Shown here: positions 7,789-16,379 of the stretch, in pieces
How the letters are laid out: each line of letters begins with the position of its first letter
How positions within the stretch are numbered: the first letter of the stretch is position 1
NCBI GenBank assembly: GCA_024644535.1
Contig: JAHEKX010000004.1
Coordinates: 41,259-105,258, forward strand
Source of the DNA: Gammaproteobacteria bacterium
GTDB taxonomy: Bacteria; Pseudomonadota; Gammaproteobacteria; Pseudomonadales; Halieaceae
Reading direction: 5' to 3'
Length of the DNA stretch: 64,000 nucleotides
Program-made: the position numbers and the translations under genes
Notes under the pieces: generated by a model
Told to the model about the DNA's origin: nothing
The model's input: only the letters and a program-made list of their open reading frames with translations
Database searches by the model: none

Positions 7789-8589
7789 TTAAACCTCAGC
7801 CTTAAACCGCACACCCGGCTCGGGCACCGGGTTTGGCGCACCGGCAAAACATTGAGCATTGGCCATCCACAGGTTGGCGCTGTCGCCAACAACCTGCAAA
7901 TCGGTATCGACCACATTACGCGTTTGCGTCACCACCTGCGCAAAAGCAACGGCAGAACCTTGAATGCAGTTATCCTCTTGCGGATCGCCATAGTTCCACA
8001 CATCACCAGAAGGCGCGGTCAAACTGATATAGGGCATTGGATCAGGCACATCGAGCTTGCGATTCACAAAGGTCCAACCGTAGGTGTTGACACCTAACAC
8101 CACAATGTTGCGAATACGATCGGTATCGACACGATCAACGCCAAGCACATCGTATATGGCCTGCGCATGCGACCAGGTTTCCATTTGCCGAGCAGTAATG
8201 GAAGAGCGTGCACTCATTGACGGCCCAACCCACGCAACGCGCTGCGAAGGGTCTGCTGTCGCAAATGCCTCAGCGGTTTTTTGATACAAGCCGCGCCAAG
8301 ATGCGATAAGTTCAGAGCCTGTTACGGAGGCAAAATACTGCCGCTCGTAAGACTTGAGATCTTTGCCGCTGAAGATGTGCTCGCCGACCGGTTTAAAAAA
8401 GGCTTCAAAACCCGCGGCATCGGTTAAGGATAAAAGTGCAGCTTCGTTCCAAAAATGCAGATGCTGGATAATGTCTTCAATGCTCCAGTTTTTGAACGCC
8501 GTTGCTTGTGCAAAGCTGTCACTCGATAAATCGGCAACCAATGCGTATACATCGTCACTTTCTGCTAAAAAATCTTTGGCTTGCTGCAC
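7789..8589 (-). CDS. DinB-like / maleylpyruvate-isomerase-N-terminal-domain family protein (TIGR03084-like), function unknown
   Basis: ORF track 276 aa starts at a TTG overlapping the upstream gene. Trimmed to GTG 8589, which has a perfect AAGGAG 6 nt upstream and lies 10 nt after the upstream stop. The family call is from remembered resemblance (WSIEDIIQHLHFWNEAA). Confidence 0.6.
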   Translation of the reverse strand: MQQAKDFLAESDDVYALVADLSSDSFAQATAFKNWSIEDIIQHLHFWNEAALLSLTDAAGFEAFFKPVGEHIFSGKDLKSYERQYFASVTGSELIASWRGLYQKTAEAFATADPSQRVAWVGPSMSARSSITARQMETWSHAQAIYDVLGVDRVDTDRIRNIVVLGVNTYGWTFVNRKLDVPDPMPYISLTAPSGDVWNYGDPQEDNCIQGSAVAFAQVVTQTRNVVDTDLQVVGDSANLWMANAQCFAGAPNPVPEPGVRFKAEV

Positions 8590-8599
8590 TCTAATCTCC

Positions 8600-10591
8600 T
8601 TATTCTTCGGCTGGCTCAATCACTATAAGCACGTCACCGGCAGCAACCTGCTGATTCGTCTTGCCACCAATGACCGTGACTGTACCATCAATGGGCGCGG
8701 TAATGCCGTGCTGCATTTTCATAGCTTCTAATACCGCTAAGCGGTCACCTTTACTTACTGTGGCGCCAACTTCGACATCTACACTTAATAGCAGCCCGTG
8801 CATGGGTGCGGTGATAGTACCACCGCCCACTTCTTCGCCTGCGCCAGGTGGTAATACTGCCTTGTTAATCAACACCTCAGTACGCGCTGCGGTTGCTAGA
8901 TGAATGGTTGCTTCATCTGTCGCAGTAAAATGTAGCGGCATGCGCAGACCGTTCACCGTTAAGACCGCATGCTGTGAGCTCATGCTAAGCAGTTGAACTT
9001 CATGGACTGTGTCAGCGATCTGGGCTGTGTATGCGTCAGGGCCCTGACTCGTCAACGTCACGTTTACGAGCGCTTCATCAACCTCATAGCTGTATACACT
9101 GCTTGCTCTGCCGGTTGATGACCATTCAAGCAATTCGGGTGCAATACCTAAACTGGTTGCGGCCGCCAAACCTCGAGCTAAGCGATGCTGTAAACAAGCG
9201 GCAACGACCAGAGATTCCTCGGATACCGAAGGCTTGGTAGGTTGATCGCCATAACATTCGGCAATGAAAGCCGTTGTTGCCTGCCCTGCAGCAAAGTCGG
9301 ATTGCTCCAACAAATCGATTAAGAAATCACGGTTGTTGGGCAAGCCTAACAATGCGCTTTCTTGCAAGCCCCGAATCAGTTGCTGACGCGCATCTTCTCG
9401 GGTTTTGCCGTAGGCCATGACTTTGGCCACCATAGAGTCATAGAATGGCGACACCGCATCACCACTGGCAACCCCTGCATCTACGCGGAACCCAGCCGTA
9501 TTAGGCGTGGCAAACAAGTGAATAGGCCCAGTGCTGGGCAAGAATCCAGCGTACGGATCCTCGGCGTACAAACGCACCTCGATTGCGTGACCGTTTAATT
9601 GGATCTCTTCTTGCGTCAGCGGGAGGATTTCGCCGCGCGCTACGCGCAACTGCCACTCGACTAAATCTAAACACGTCACCAATTCGGTCACTGGATGCTC
9701 GACTTGCAAGCGTGTATTCATTTCTAAAAAGTAAAACTCACCCGATTGATCCAGCAAAAACTCGACGGTACCCGCACCCACATAGTTCACCGCCTTCGCT
9801 GCACCAATCGCGGCTTCGCCCATAGCTGCACGCAGCTCATCAGTCATGACTGGGCAGGGCGACTCCTCAATGACTTTTTGATGGCGGCGCTGCACCGAGC
9901 AATCCCGCTCACCTAAGTGCACCGTATTACCGTACTCATCGGCAAAAACCTGGATTTCGACATGACGCGGACGAATTATGGCCTTTTCGATAATCAATTC
10001 GCTGGAGCCAAACGCGTTCTGCGCCTCGGATTGCGCCATTTGAATTGCGCTTTCCAACTCAGATTCTTGATGCACTAAGCGCATGCCTCGGCCACCACCC
10101 CCAGCCGCGGCTTTGACCATTACAGGCATACCGATCTCTTTGGCAGCGCTCGTCAGTCGTTCAATAGACTGATCGTCGTCTTGATAGCCTGGCACGCAAG
10201 GCACACCAGCCTGTAACATTGCTCGCTTGGCTCTGGCCTTGTCGCCCATCACATCGATTGCCAAAATTGGCGGACCAACAAATAGAATGCCGGCATCTGC
10301 ACAGGCTTGGGCAAATCCTGCATTCTCGGATAAAAAGCCATAACCTGGGTGAACCGCATCGGCACCCATCCGTTTTGCCGTTTCAAGAATCACGTCACTG
10401 CGCAAATAAGATGACCCCACAGGGCCAGCGCCAATACAAACAGCTTGATCTGCTGCTCGCACGTGCGCCGCATTGGCGTCGGCCTCAGAATACACAGCAA
10501 TGGTACGTATGCCCATTTCGCGGGCCGTTTTCATAACGCGAACGGCGATTTCACCGCGATTCGCAATAAGCAAAGTCGATAAACGTTTCAT
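8600..10591 (-). CDS. Biotin-dependent acyl-CoA carboxylase alpha subunit (biotin carboxylase + BCCP; AtuF/LiuD-like)
   Basis: ORF track 663 aa. Has an ATP-grasp biotin carboxylase N-terminus (LLIANRGEIAVRV) and the C-terminal biotinylation motif EAMKMQH. Confidence 0.9.
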   Translation of the reverse strand: MKRLSTLLIANRGEIAVRVMKTAREMGIRTIAVYSEADANAAHVRAADQAVCIGAGPVGSSYLRSDVILETAKRMGADAVHPGYGFLSENAGFAQACADAGILFVGPPILAIDVMGDKARAKRAMLQAGVPCVPGYQDDDQSIERLTSAAKEIGMPVMVKAAAGGGGRGMRLVHQESELESAIQMAQSEAQNAFGSSELIIEKAIIRPRHVEIQVFADEYGNTVHLGERDCSVQRRHQKVIEESPCPVMTDELRAAMGEAAIGAAKAVNYVGAGTVEFLLDQSGEFYFLEMNTRLQVEHPVTELVTCLDLVEWQLRVARGEILPLTQEEIQLNGHAIEVRLYAEDPYAGFLPSTGPIHLFATPNTAGFRVDAGVASGDAVSPFYDSMVAKVMAYGKTREDARQQLIRGLQESALLGLPNNRDFLIDLLEQSDFAAGQATTAFIAECYGDQPTKPSVSEESLVVAACLQHRLARGLAAATSLGIAPELLEWSSTGRASSVYSYEVDEALVNVTLTSQGPDAYTAQIADTVHEVQLLSMSSQHAVLTVNGLRMPLHFTATDEATIHLATAARTEVLINKAVLPPGAGEEVGGGTITAPMHGLLLSVDVEVGATVSKGDRLAVLEAMKMQHGITAPIDGTVTVIGGKTNQQVAAGDVLIVIEPAEE

Positions 10592-10600
10592 AACTTGTCC

Positions 10601-11401
10601 TTAAGGCTCCTGCGCCCAGTTGGGTGCACGCTTCTCTAAGAAAGAGCTCACACCTTCTTTGCCTTCGTCACTTTTTAAACGATTCGTGAAATTCCGACCT
10701 GCCACATCGGCAACAGAATCCGGATCGATATAGGGCAAATCCAATATCAATTCTTTGGTTGCTGCAATTGCACCTGGCGCACACTTAAGTACGTCGCGGC
10801 GCACTTTAGTTTCATGAGCCTCCAGACTCGCAACATCATCGGCCACAAAATCAGCCAACCCAAGATTGCCTGCCTCGGTGCCATCAAAACGAGCGGCGGT
10901 TAACATCAATCGGCGACCTTTGGCATAGCCGAGCTTTTGCATCACAAAACGAGCAATTTGCGCAGGCGAAATTCCGATCATAGTTTCGCTGAACGCAAAT
11001 TTAGCGCTACTTTGACAAATCGCCACATCACAGCAGCATACAATACCCAGACCTCCAGCAATGGCTGCACCTTCAACAAGCGCAACCGTTACCTGGGGCA
11101 TGGTATTCAAACGGTTCAGCAAGTAGGCAATGCTCTTGCTCATCTCGATAACATCAGCATCGGGCGCCTCGGCAAACTTGCGAAAGCTTTTTAAGTCACC
11201 ACCGGCTGAGAACACCCCGCCTTTGCCTCTCAGGGTGATGCCTCGTACCGTACGATCATCCGCTACGGCATTAAGCACCGCCAAGGTTTCAGCAACACGC
11301 TGATCGGTCAGCGCATTGCGATTCTCGATGCCATCAAACCAAATGGTGAGCCAACCATTTTTTTGTTCAAGCTGAACTGATTCTGTTGTCGGTAAACTCA
11401 T
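10601..11401 (-). CDS. Enoyl-CoA hydratase/isomerase (crotonase) family, AtuE/LiuC-like
   Basis: ORF track 266 aa with a crotonase fold (FSAGGDLK..., GAAIAGG). It sits between the carboxylase subunit genes. Confidence 0.85.
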   Translation of the reverse strand: MSLPTTESVQLEQKNGWLTIWFDGIENRNALTDQRVAETLAVLNAVADDRTVRGITLRGKGGVFSAGGDLKSFRKFAEAPDADVIEMSKSIAYLLNRLNTMPQVTVALVEGAAIAGGLGIVCCCDVAICQSSAKFAFSETMIGISPAQIARFVMQKLGYAKGRRLMLTAARFDGTEAGNLGLADFVADDVASLEAHETKVRRDVLKCAPGAIAATKELILDLPYIDPDSVADVAGRNFTNRLKSDEGKEGVSSFLEKRAPNWAQEP

Positions 11402-11409
11402 GCCTCCCC

Positions 11410-13032
11410 CTACATACGAGCAACGCCGAAGGCGTTAGGGCTAAGTGTACGAGCGCGGCTTTCCAGGCAAGTCTCTAGAGCAAAAGCTAGGACCTTGCGG
11501 GTATCGCGTGGGTCGATGACTCCGTGATCTAATACCTGACCCGAGGTATAAAAGGCATCTTCTTGGCGATCAAATACTGCCTGAATGCGAGCCTCCTGCT
11601 GAGCAATCGCGTCACGATCGGGTTCTAAGCCTTTGCGCTGCGCTGCAACTTCCGCTACCTGCGACATTGTCTTGGCGGCCGACTGACCCGCCATCACACC
11701 CGTTCTGGCACTGGCCCATGCAAACAAAAAGTCTGGTTCGTAGGCCCAGCCGCACATGCCGTAATTACCTGCTCCAAAGCTCGCGCCGATATACAGGGTT
11801 ATTTTTGGCACACGTATGTTAGAGACCGCCTGCACCATTTTCGCGCCATGCTTAATCATCCCGGCTTGCTCGTACTGCGTGCCGACCATGTAACCCGTAG
11901 TATTATTCAAGAAAATGACCGGGAGATTGCTTTGGTCGCACAGCTGTAAAAACTGAGCCGCTTTTGTCGCACCATTAGGATCAATGGGCCCGTTATTGGC
12001 CAAAATGCCGCAGGCAATGCCCGTAATAGATGCAAAACAACACACCGTTGATGGCCCATAGCGCGGCTTAAAGTCCTCGACTTCCGAGCCATCTACCACA
12101 CGTGCCAACACCTCATGCACGTCATAGGGAACCTTGTGGTCAACCGGAATGGCGCCAGCCAACTCCTCTGGGTCATATTTAGGCGGCAAGTATGGCTGGC
12201 GAGGAATCGCGCTCGCGCCTTTATTCCAATTTAAGCGTTTGACTACGTCGCGCGCTTTCAATAAACCGTGTGCGTCGTTATCTACCAGGTATTCCACCAC
12301 GCCCGATACCGACGAGTGCATTTCGGTTCCGCCAAGCTCTCGCTCGTCGGCTTCTTCACCCGTTGCGGCTTTAACTAGAGCGGCACCGCCAAGTGCCGCT
12401 AAGCCGTTTTCTTTTACCCCAATCACATGGTCCGCCATGCCAGGCATGTAAGCACCACCCGCAGTCGATGCGCCATGTAAGACCACAATATTGGGAACGC
12501 CCATGGCCGACAATTGCGCCATGTTGCGAAATACCGCGCCAAATACGGCCCAAGTGCTGACCTCGTAATTCATAAGGTTTGCGCCGGCACTTTCTACCAT
12601 ATGAATTAAGGGTAACTTTTGACGCTTACAAATTTCTTGCACTGCAAGATGCACCGAGCCTGTCTTGGGGGTTACCGCACCGGCGGCAATACCAGAGTCA
12701 TCGGCCCAAACCATGCAGCGCACGCCTTGAACAAACCCGATACCAATAATGACCGATGCACCGGGTACGCTGGTGTCAGGATTAGTATCGCCAACCATGT
12801 AATTCGCTAGGGAATGTAATCGCAAAAATGGCATACCGGGGTCGAGTACCCGCTCTACCCGCTGGAACGGTGGAATCTGCCCACGCTTTTCAAATACGGG
12901 CGCTCGCTTATTACTCGCGGCCATAGCACGGGCCTCAAGTGCACGCAACTTGTCTACAAATGCCAGCATTTCTGTACGATTTTTCTCGTACTCGTCACTG
13001 CCGACAATGACGCGCGTTTCAATCACGGCCAT
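11410..13032 (-). CDS. Acyl-CoA carboxylase carboxyltransferase (beta) subunit, AtuC/LiuB-like
   Basis: ORF track 540 aa, carboxyl_trans family, with a length and sequence pattern typical of methylcrotonyl/geranyl-CoA carboxylase beta subunits. Confidence 0.9.
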   Translation of the reverse strand: MAVIETRVIVGSDEYEKNRTEMLAFVDKLRALEARAMAASNKRAPVFEKRGQIPPFQRVERVLDPGMPFLRLHSLANYMVGDTNPDTSVPGASVIIGIGFVQGVRCMVWADDSGIAAGAVTPKTGSVHLAVQEICKRQKLPLIHMVESAGANLMNYEVSTWAVFGAVFRNMAQLSAMGVPNIVVLHGASTAGGAYMPGMADHVIGVKENGLAALGGAALVKAATGEEADERELGGTEMHSSVSGVVEYLVDNDAHGLLKARDVVKRLNWNKGASAIPRQPYLPPKYDPEELAGAIPVDHKVPYDVHEVLARVVDGSEVEDFKPRYGPSTVCCFASITGIACGILANNGPIDPNGATKAAQFLQLCDQSNLPVIFLNNTTGYMVGTQYEQAGMIKHGAKMVQAVSNIRVPKITLYIGASFGAGNYGMCGWAYEPDFLFAWASARTGVMAGQSAAKTMSQVAEVAAQRKGLEPDRDAIAQQEARIQAVFDRQEDAFYTSGQVLDHGVIDPRDTRKVLAFALETCLESRARTLSPNAFGVARM

Positions 13033-13034
13033 GT

Positions 13035-14828
13035 TTAGTCCTCCATTAAACCAGCGGGAATTGCCACTGGGGTTTGTAATAAAATTTGTGCATAGGTTTT
13101 GCCTTGGGGGTCATTGCGTAAACTCGCCACACCACCGCCACCTAAGACATCATCGATTAAAAAATTTAAGGCTGAAATTCCCGGCAAGTAGTAGCGCGCA
13201 ACCGCGCCAGAGCCCATGAAGTGGGCCATACGCTTACTTACGCAGGCTTGGGTTAAGGTCTTGGCAATCCAAGGTAAGTACTCGGGCTTGCGAGCAATGA
13301 TGCCAATATTAGCCTTGTTACCTTTGTCGCCAGAACGCCCCCAGGCCAGCCGCTCTAACGGAACTGGTACAGTGGCAATATCAGAAGCCACCGCCGGCAC
13401 TTCAGGTTCTAAGCTATGACTTGGCGTGCTAACGCTGGAACCTGAATCTGCGAACGCTTGCCGCTGAATGCCGTTATCTAGTTCGATGGCGACCGCATCG
13501 CGATCCTGTAAAAACGAGAACAAGCGGATGACCGGAGACGGTTTAGGACGCGTTCCGGCAAAGCCTGCCAAGCCTGCAGGTGCTGCCAAGCCGACACCGG
13601 ATAGCTCTTTCAACAACAGCATCAAAGCACGCTTGTCTTGATGTTTTGCGGCAACCTTAACAGCCACTTCTCGGGTATCGGACTCTAACGAGTAAGCGCC
13701 AAAATGTGATCCATCGCCGACGACTTCGATCAAGACTTCATCAAAATCGGGCGCTTTCATGATTGTTAGTTTTGCCCGCGCCCTAGCAACTGCACTTTCA
13801 CCAAAACTTCGTGCTCGCTGCGAAGCTTTCGTGCCGACATAAAACCAAATTCCACCTAAGCGCCAGCCGTCTGCCCAGGTCATGGATACTTTTAATTGCT
13901 CAGGCACACCGGCACCGATAGCGCCTTCAACTCTGACACGCTGGGTGTCGAGCTGGATGACATTCACGCGCGTAAAATCGCAAATCACATCGGGTAAATG
14001 ATAGGCCGCTGGATCACCAATTTCATACAGCAATTGCTCGCACACCGCACCCACCGACACCAATCCACCGGTGCCTTTCGGCTTACTGATCTCGCAGGAA
14101 CCGTCGGCAAAGACGGTGGCGATTGGGTAACCCACATCGACCAAGGAGTCAGCAATGTCGTGCCAATCGGTAAAGTTTCCACCCGTTGCCTGTGGCCCAC
14201 ACTCAATCAAATGCCCGGCCAATGAGGCCCCCGCCAAGCAATCTAAATCGGAGGCCGTCCAACCAAACTCGTGAATACATGCACCCAGAGTCACAGCCGA
14301 GTCTACGCAACGACCCGTAATCACAATATCGGCACCTTGCCCCAAAGCGGCAGCAATGGGGAATGCGCCTAAATACGCATTGATACTGGCAATTTTTTCG
14401 ACCGGCGGAAAGGCTTCTCCACTGAACATCTCGGCTGGGGCACAAGCAGCCAGTTCATCTTTATGATTAATGAGGTCGTCGCCCAGTACCACTGCGACCT
14501 TCAAATCGAGACCTTGAGAAGCTATGGCATTGCGAAGCGCCTGCGCACAGGCTAAAGGGTTAACCCCACCCGCATTCGAGATGATTTTTACACCCTGCTC
14601 AGCAATTTGCGCCAAATTAGGCACCATCACAGCTTGTACAAAGTCAGTGGCGTAACCTAAGGATTCATCAGTGCTGCGAGCACGCGCCATAATCGACATC
14701 GTGATTTCTGCGAGGTAATCAAAGACGATGTAGTCGAGATTACCCTCCCGCAAAAACTGAGGCAAAGCCATATCGGACTCACCCCAATAGCCACTCGCCC
14801 CACCAATGCGAATAGATGGTTTACTCAT
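13035..14828 (-). CDS. atuA: Acyclic terpene utilisation AtuA-family protein (DUF1446)
   Basis: ORF track 597 aa. The N-terminus IRIGGASGYWGESDMALPQFLREGNLDYIVFDYLAEITMSIMARAR matches the AtuA family pattern. It is the first gene of a tight 5-gene operon with gaps of 2-10 nt. Confidence 0.8.
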   Translation of the reverse strand: MSKPSIRIGGASGYWGESDMALPQFLREGNLDYIVFDYLAEITMSIMARARSTDESLGYATDFVQAVMVPNLAQIAEQGVKIISNAGGVNPLACAQALRNAIASQGLDLKVAVVLGDDLINHKDELAACAPAEMFSGEAFPPVEKIASINAYLGAFPIAAALGQGADIVITGRCVDSAVTLGACIHEFGWTASDLDCLAGASLAGHLIECGPQATGGNFTDWHDIADSLVDVGYPIATVFADGSCEISKPKGTGGLVSVGAVCEQLLYEIGDPAAYHLPDVICDFTRVNVIQLDTQRVRVEGAIGAGVPEQLKVSMTWADGWRLGGIWFYVGTKASQRARSFGESAVARARAKLTIMKAPDFDEVLIEVVGDGSHFGAYSLESDTREVAVKVAAKHQDKRALMLLLKELSGVGLAAPAGLAGFAGTRPKPSPVIRLFSFLQDRDAVAIELDNGIQRQAFADSGSSVSTPSHSLEPEVPAVASDIATVPVPLERLAWGRSGDKGNKANIGIIARKPEYLPWIAKTLTQACVSKRMAHFMGSGAVARYYLPGISALNFLIDDVLGGGGVASLRNDPQGKTYAQILLQTPVAIPAGLMED

Positions 14829-14847
14829 GTGTTGTTCCCGCCGTTAA

Positions 14848-14868
14848 CAAGCCCCAAATTTGGGCTTG
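14848..14868. promoter_or_regulatory. Palindrome in the atuA/TetR divergent promoter region (candidate operator or 5-prime UTR hairpin)
   Basis: The sequence is caagccc-caaattt-gggcttg: 7-bp arms around an AAATTT-containing centre, followed by cgcttttta on the plus strand. Confidence 0.3.
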
Positions 14869-14948
14869 CGCTTTTTATGAATCTGACTCAATATAAATGA
14901 GCCTAAATCATTAAATATTTTTAGGCAAGAAAAACAAGGCGAATCAGC

Positions 14949-15635
14949 ATGGCAAAAGCGGCAGTACAAAGCACTCGACGCGAAAAGATGGAAGCAAAAG
15001 AACGCGCCATTTTAGATGCCGCGCGCATCGAGTTTAGCGAGCGAGGGTTCGAAAACGCCAAAATGAGCGCTATCGCTAAGCGCGCTGAAGTTGCTGAAGG
15101 CACCGTTTACCTATACTACCGCAACAAGAAAGAACTGCTCGACTCGGTCGTCGCACAGTTTTGGCAAATTCTGACACAAGGCGCACGCAAAGCGACGCTC
15201 GAACACACCGATACGCTCGCAAAACTCAAGGCCTTGGCTGATTTTCATTTATTCGAACTGGTCAAAGACTTTGACTTCGTGGGCTTTACCGTGCGGACTC
15301 GCGAGACCGGCACGCTTGATTCTCCAAGCCTCAACCCGATTCGCGGCTACGTGGCAGTATTTGACGAAATCTTTCAGCAAGGGGTAGACCGCGGGATTTT
15401 CCAAGAAACAGCGCCCTTATGGGTGATTCGAGACCTGTTCTACGGCACCTTAGAATACTCTTCTCGAACTCTCCACCTGCACAAAACTCGTGACGCACAA
15501 GCGGTTACGCAACACTTAGCCGAAGTGTTTATCGCGCTGTACGGCAACACTAAAACAGCGAACAGCGCCACCGGCTTAGAGCGCATCGAAGAACGGTTGG
15601 CGAGTATTGAGGCCAAACTTGAAGTTCGCAAGTGA
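14949..15635 (+). CDS. TetR/AcrR-family transcriptional regulator (AtuR-like by position)
   Basis: ORF track 228 aa with an N-terminal HTH FENAKMSAIAKRAEVAEGTVYLYYRNKKEL. It is divergent from the atuA operon. Confidence 0.9.
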   Translation: MAKAAVQSTRREKMEAKERAILDAARIEFSERGFENAKMSAIAKRAEVAEGTVYLYYRNKKELLDSVVAQFWQILTQGARKATLEHTDTLAKLKALADFHLFELVKDFDFVGFTVRTRETGTLDSPSLNPIRGYVAVFDEIFQQGVDRGIFQETAPLWVIRDLFYGTLEYSSRTLHLHKTRDAQAVTQHLAEVFIALYGNTKTANSATGLERIEERLASIEAKLEVRK

Positions 15636-15690
15636 TCCGTTTAGGTGCGATAGCATGGCGTTAGATATTGGCCTAAAAATACTCTAAACC

Positions 15691-16063
15691 CGCGCCCGCC
15701 TCGTCATTTATTTTGCTCACGCTCGGTCATAGCAGCGCACTGAGTGTTCGCAAAACAAATCACGAGTCTATGCGCTGGCTTCATTCCAAGATTCAACAAA
15801 TCAATACTTAAGGTCCTCGTGCCACACACGTCAGGAAGGATACGATACTGAGCCGAGCGGCTGCAGCCTGTTTCGCGCGGAGCGTCACGCGACAGGACGT
15901 CGCGTGCGCAGCGTGTCACGGACGACCTTGAAGCGATCCGCAAAAAATTGGCTGAGACGTGAAGGCGGATCGTTAGACGATTAACCGCTAAAGAAATAAA
16001 CCCTCGCTCGGTCATAGCAGCGCACAGAGTGTTCGCAAAACAAATCACGAGTCTATGCGCTGG
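15691..16063 (+). repeat. Composite intergenic repeat, locus C (modules X-Y-W-V-Z-Y)
   Basis: Modules: X 15699-15715; Y1 15720-15778; W 15779-15813; Z 15851-15975; Y2 16005-16063. All are homologous to the modules at locus A. It lies between the convergent TetR and DUF3094-like genes. Confidence 0.85.
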
Positions 16064-16095
16064 ATCGGTAGTCCGCAAAGAACTCCAGAAAAAAT

Positions 16096-16305
16096 TTAAT
16101 AAACGCCCGCCCATTTCGCGATCATTTGGCTTAGAACGCTGAACGAGATCGTGACACCTATGAGTAACAACATCATGCGAAAAGGTTTGAACGGCTTGCG
16201 CTCGACAGAGTTCACACCTTTGCTGCAAAACTCATCAACTTTAGCTTGGTCTTCGGGGTACAGCCTTGGCTCGTCATTCGAAGGAGTAGTTTGAGAATCG
16301 CTCAT
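16096..16305 (-). CDS. Small membrane protein, DUF3094-like
   Basis: ORF track 91 aa, trimmed to ATG 16305 (MSDSQTTPSNDEPRLYPEDQAKVDEF...VERKPFKPFRMMLLLIGVTISF...). It has one C-terminal TM helix and lies immediately downstream of the acyl-CoA dehydrogenase, as I recall for DUF3094 in pseudomonads. Confidence 0.55.
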   Translation of the reverse strand: MSDSQTTPSNDEPRLYPEDQAKVDEFCSKGVNSVERKPFKPFRMMLLLIGVTISFSVLSQMIAKWAGVY

Positions 16306-16379
16306 GTCAATGAACCTCAGATCGGGTAATAGGCGAAGTGTAAGAACATCTTCGCCCAATTTCCAGTGCAATAGAGGTC

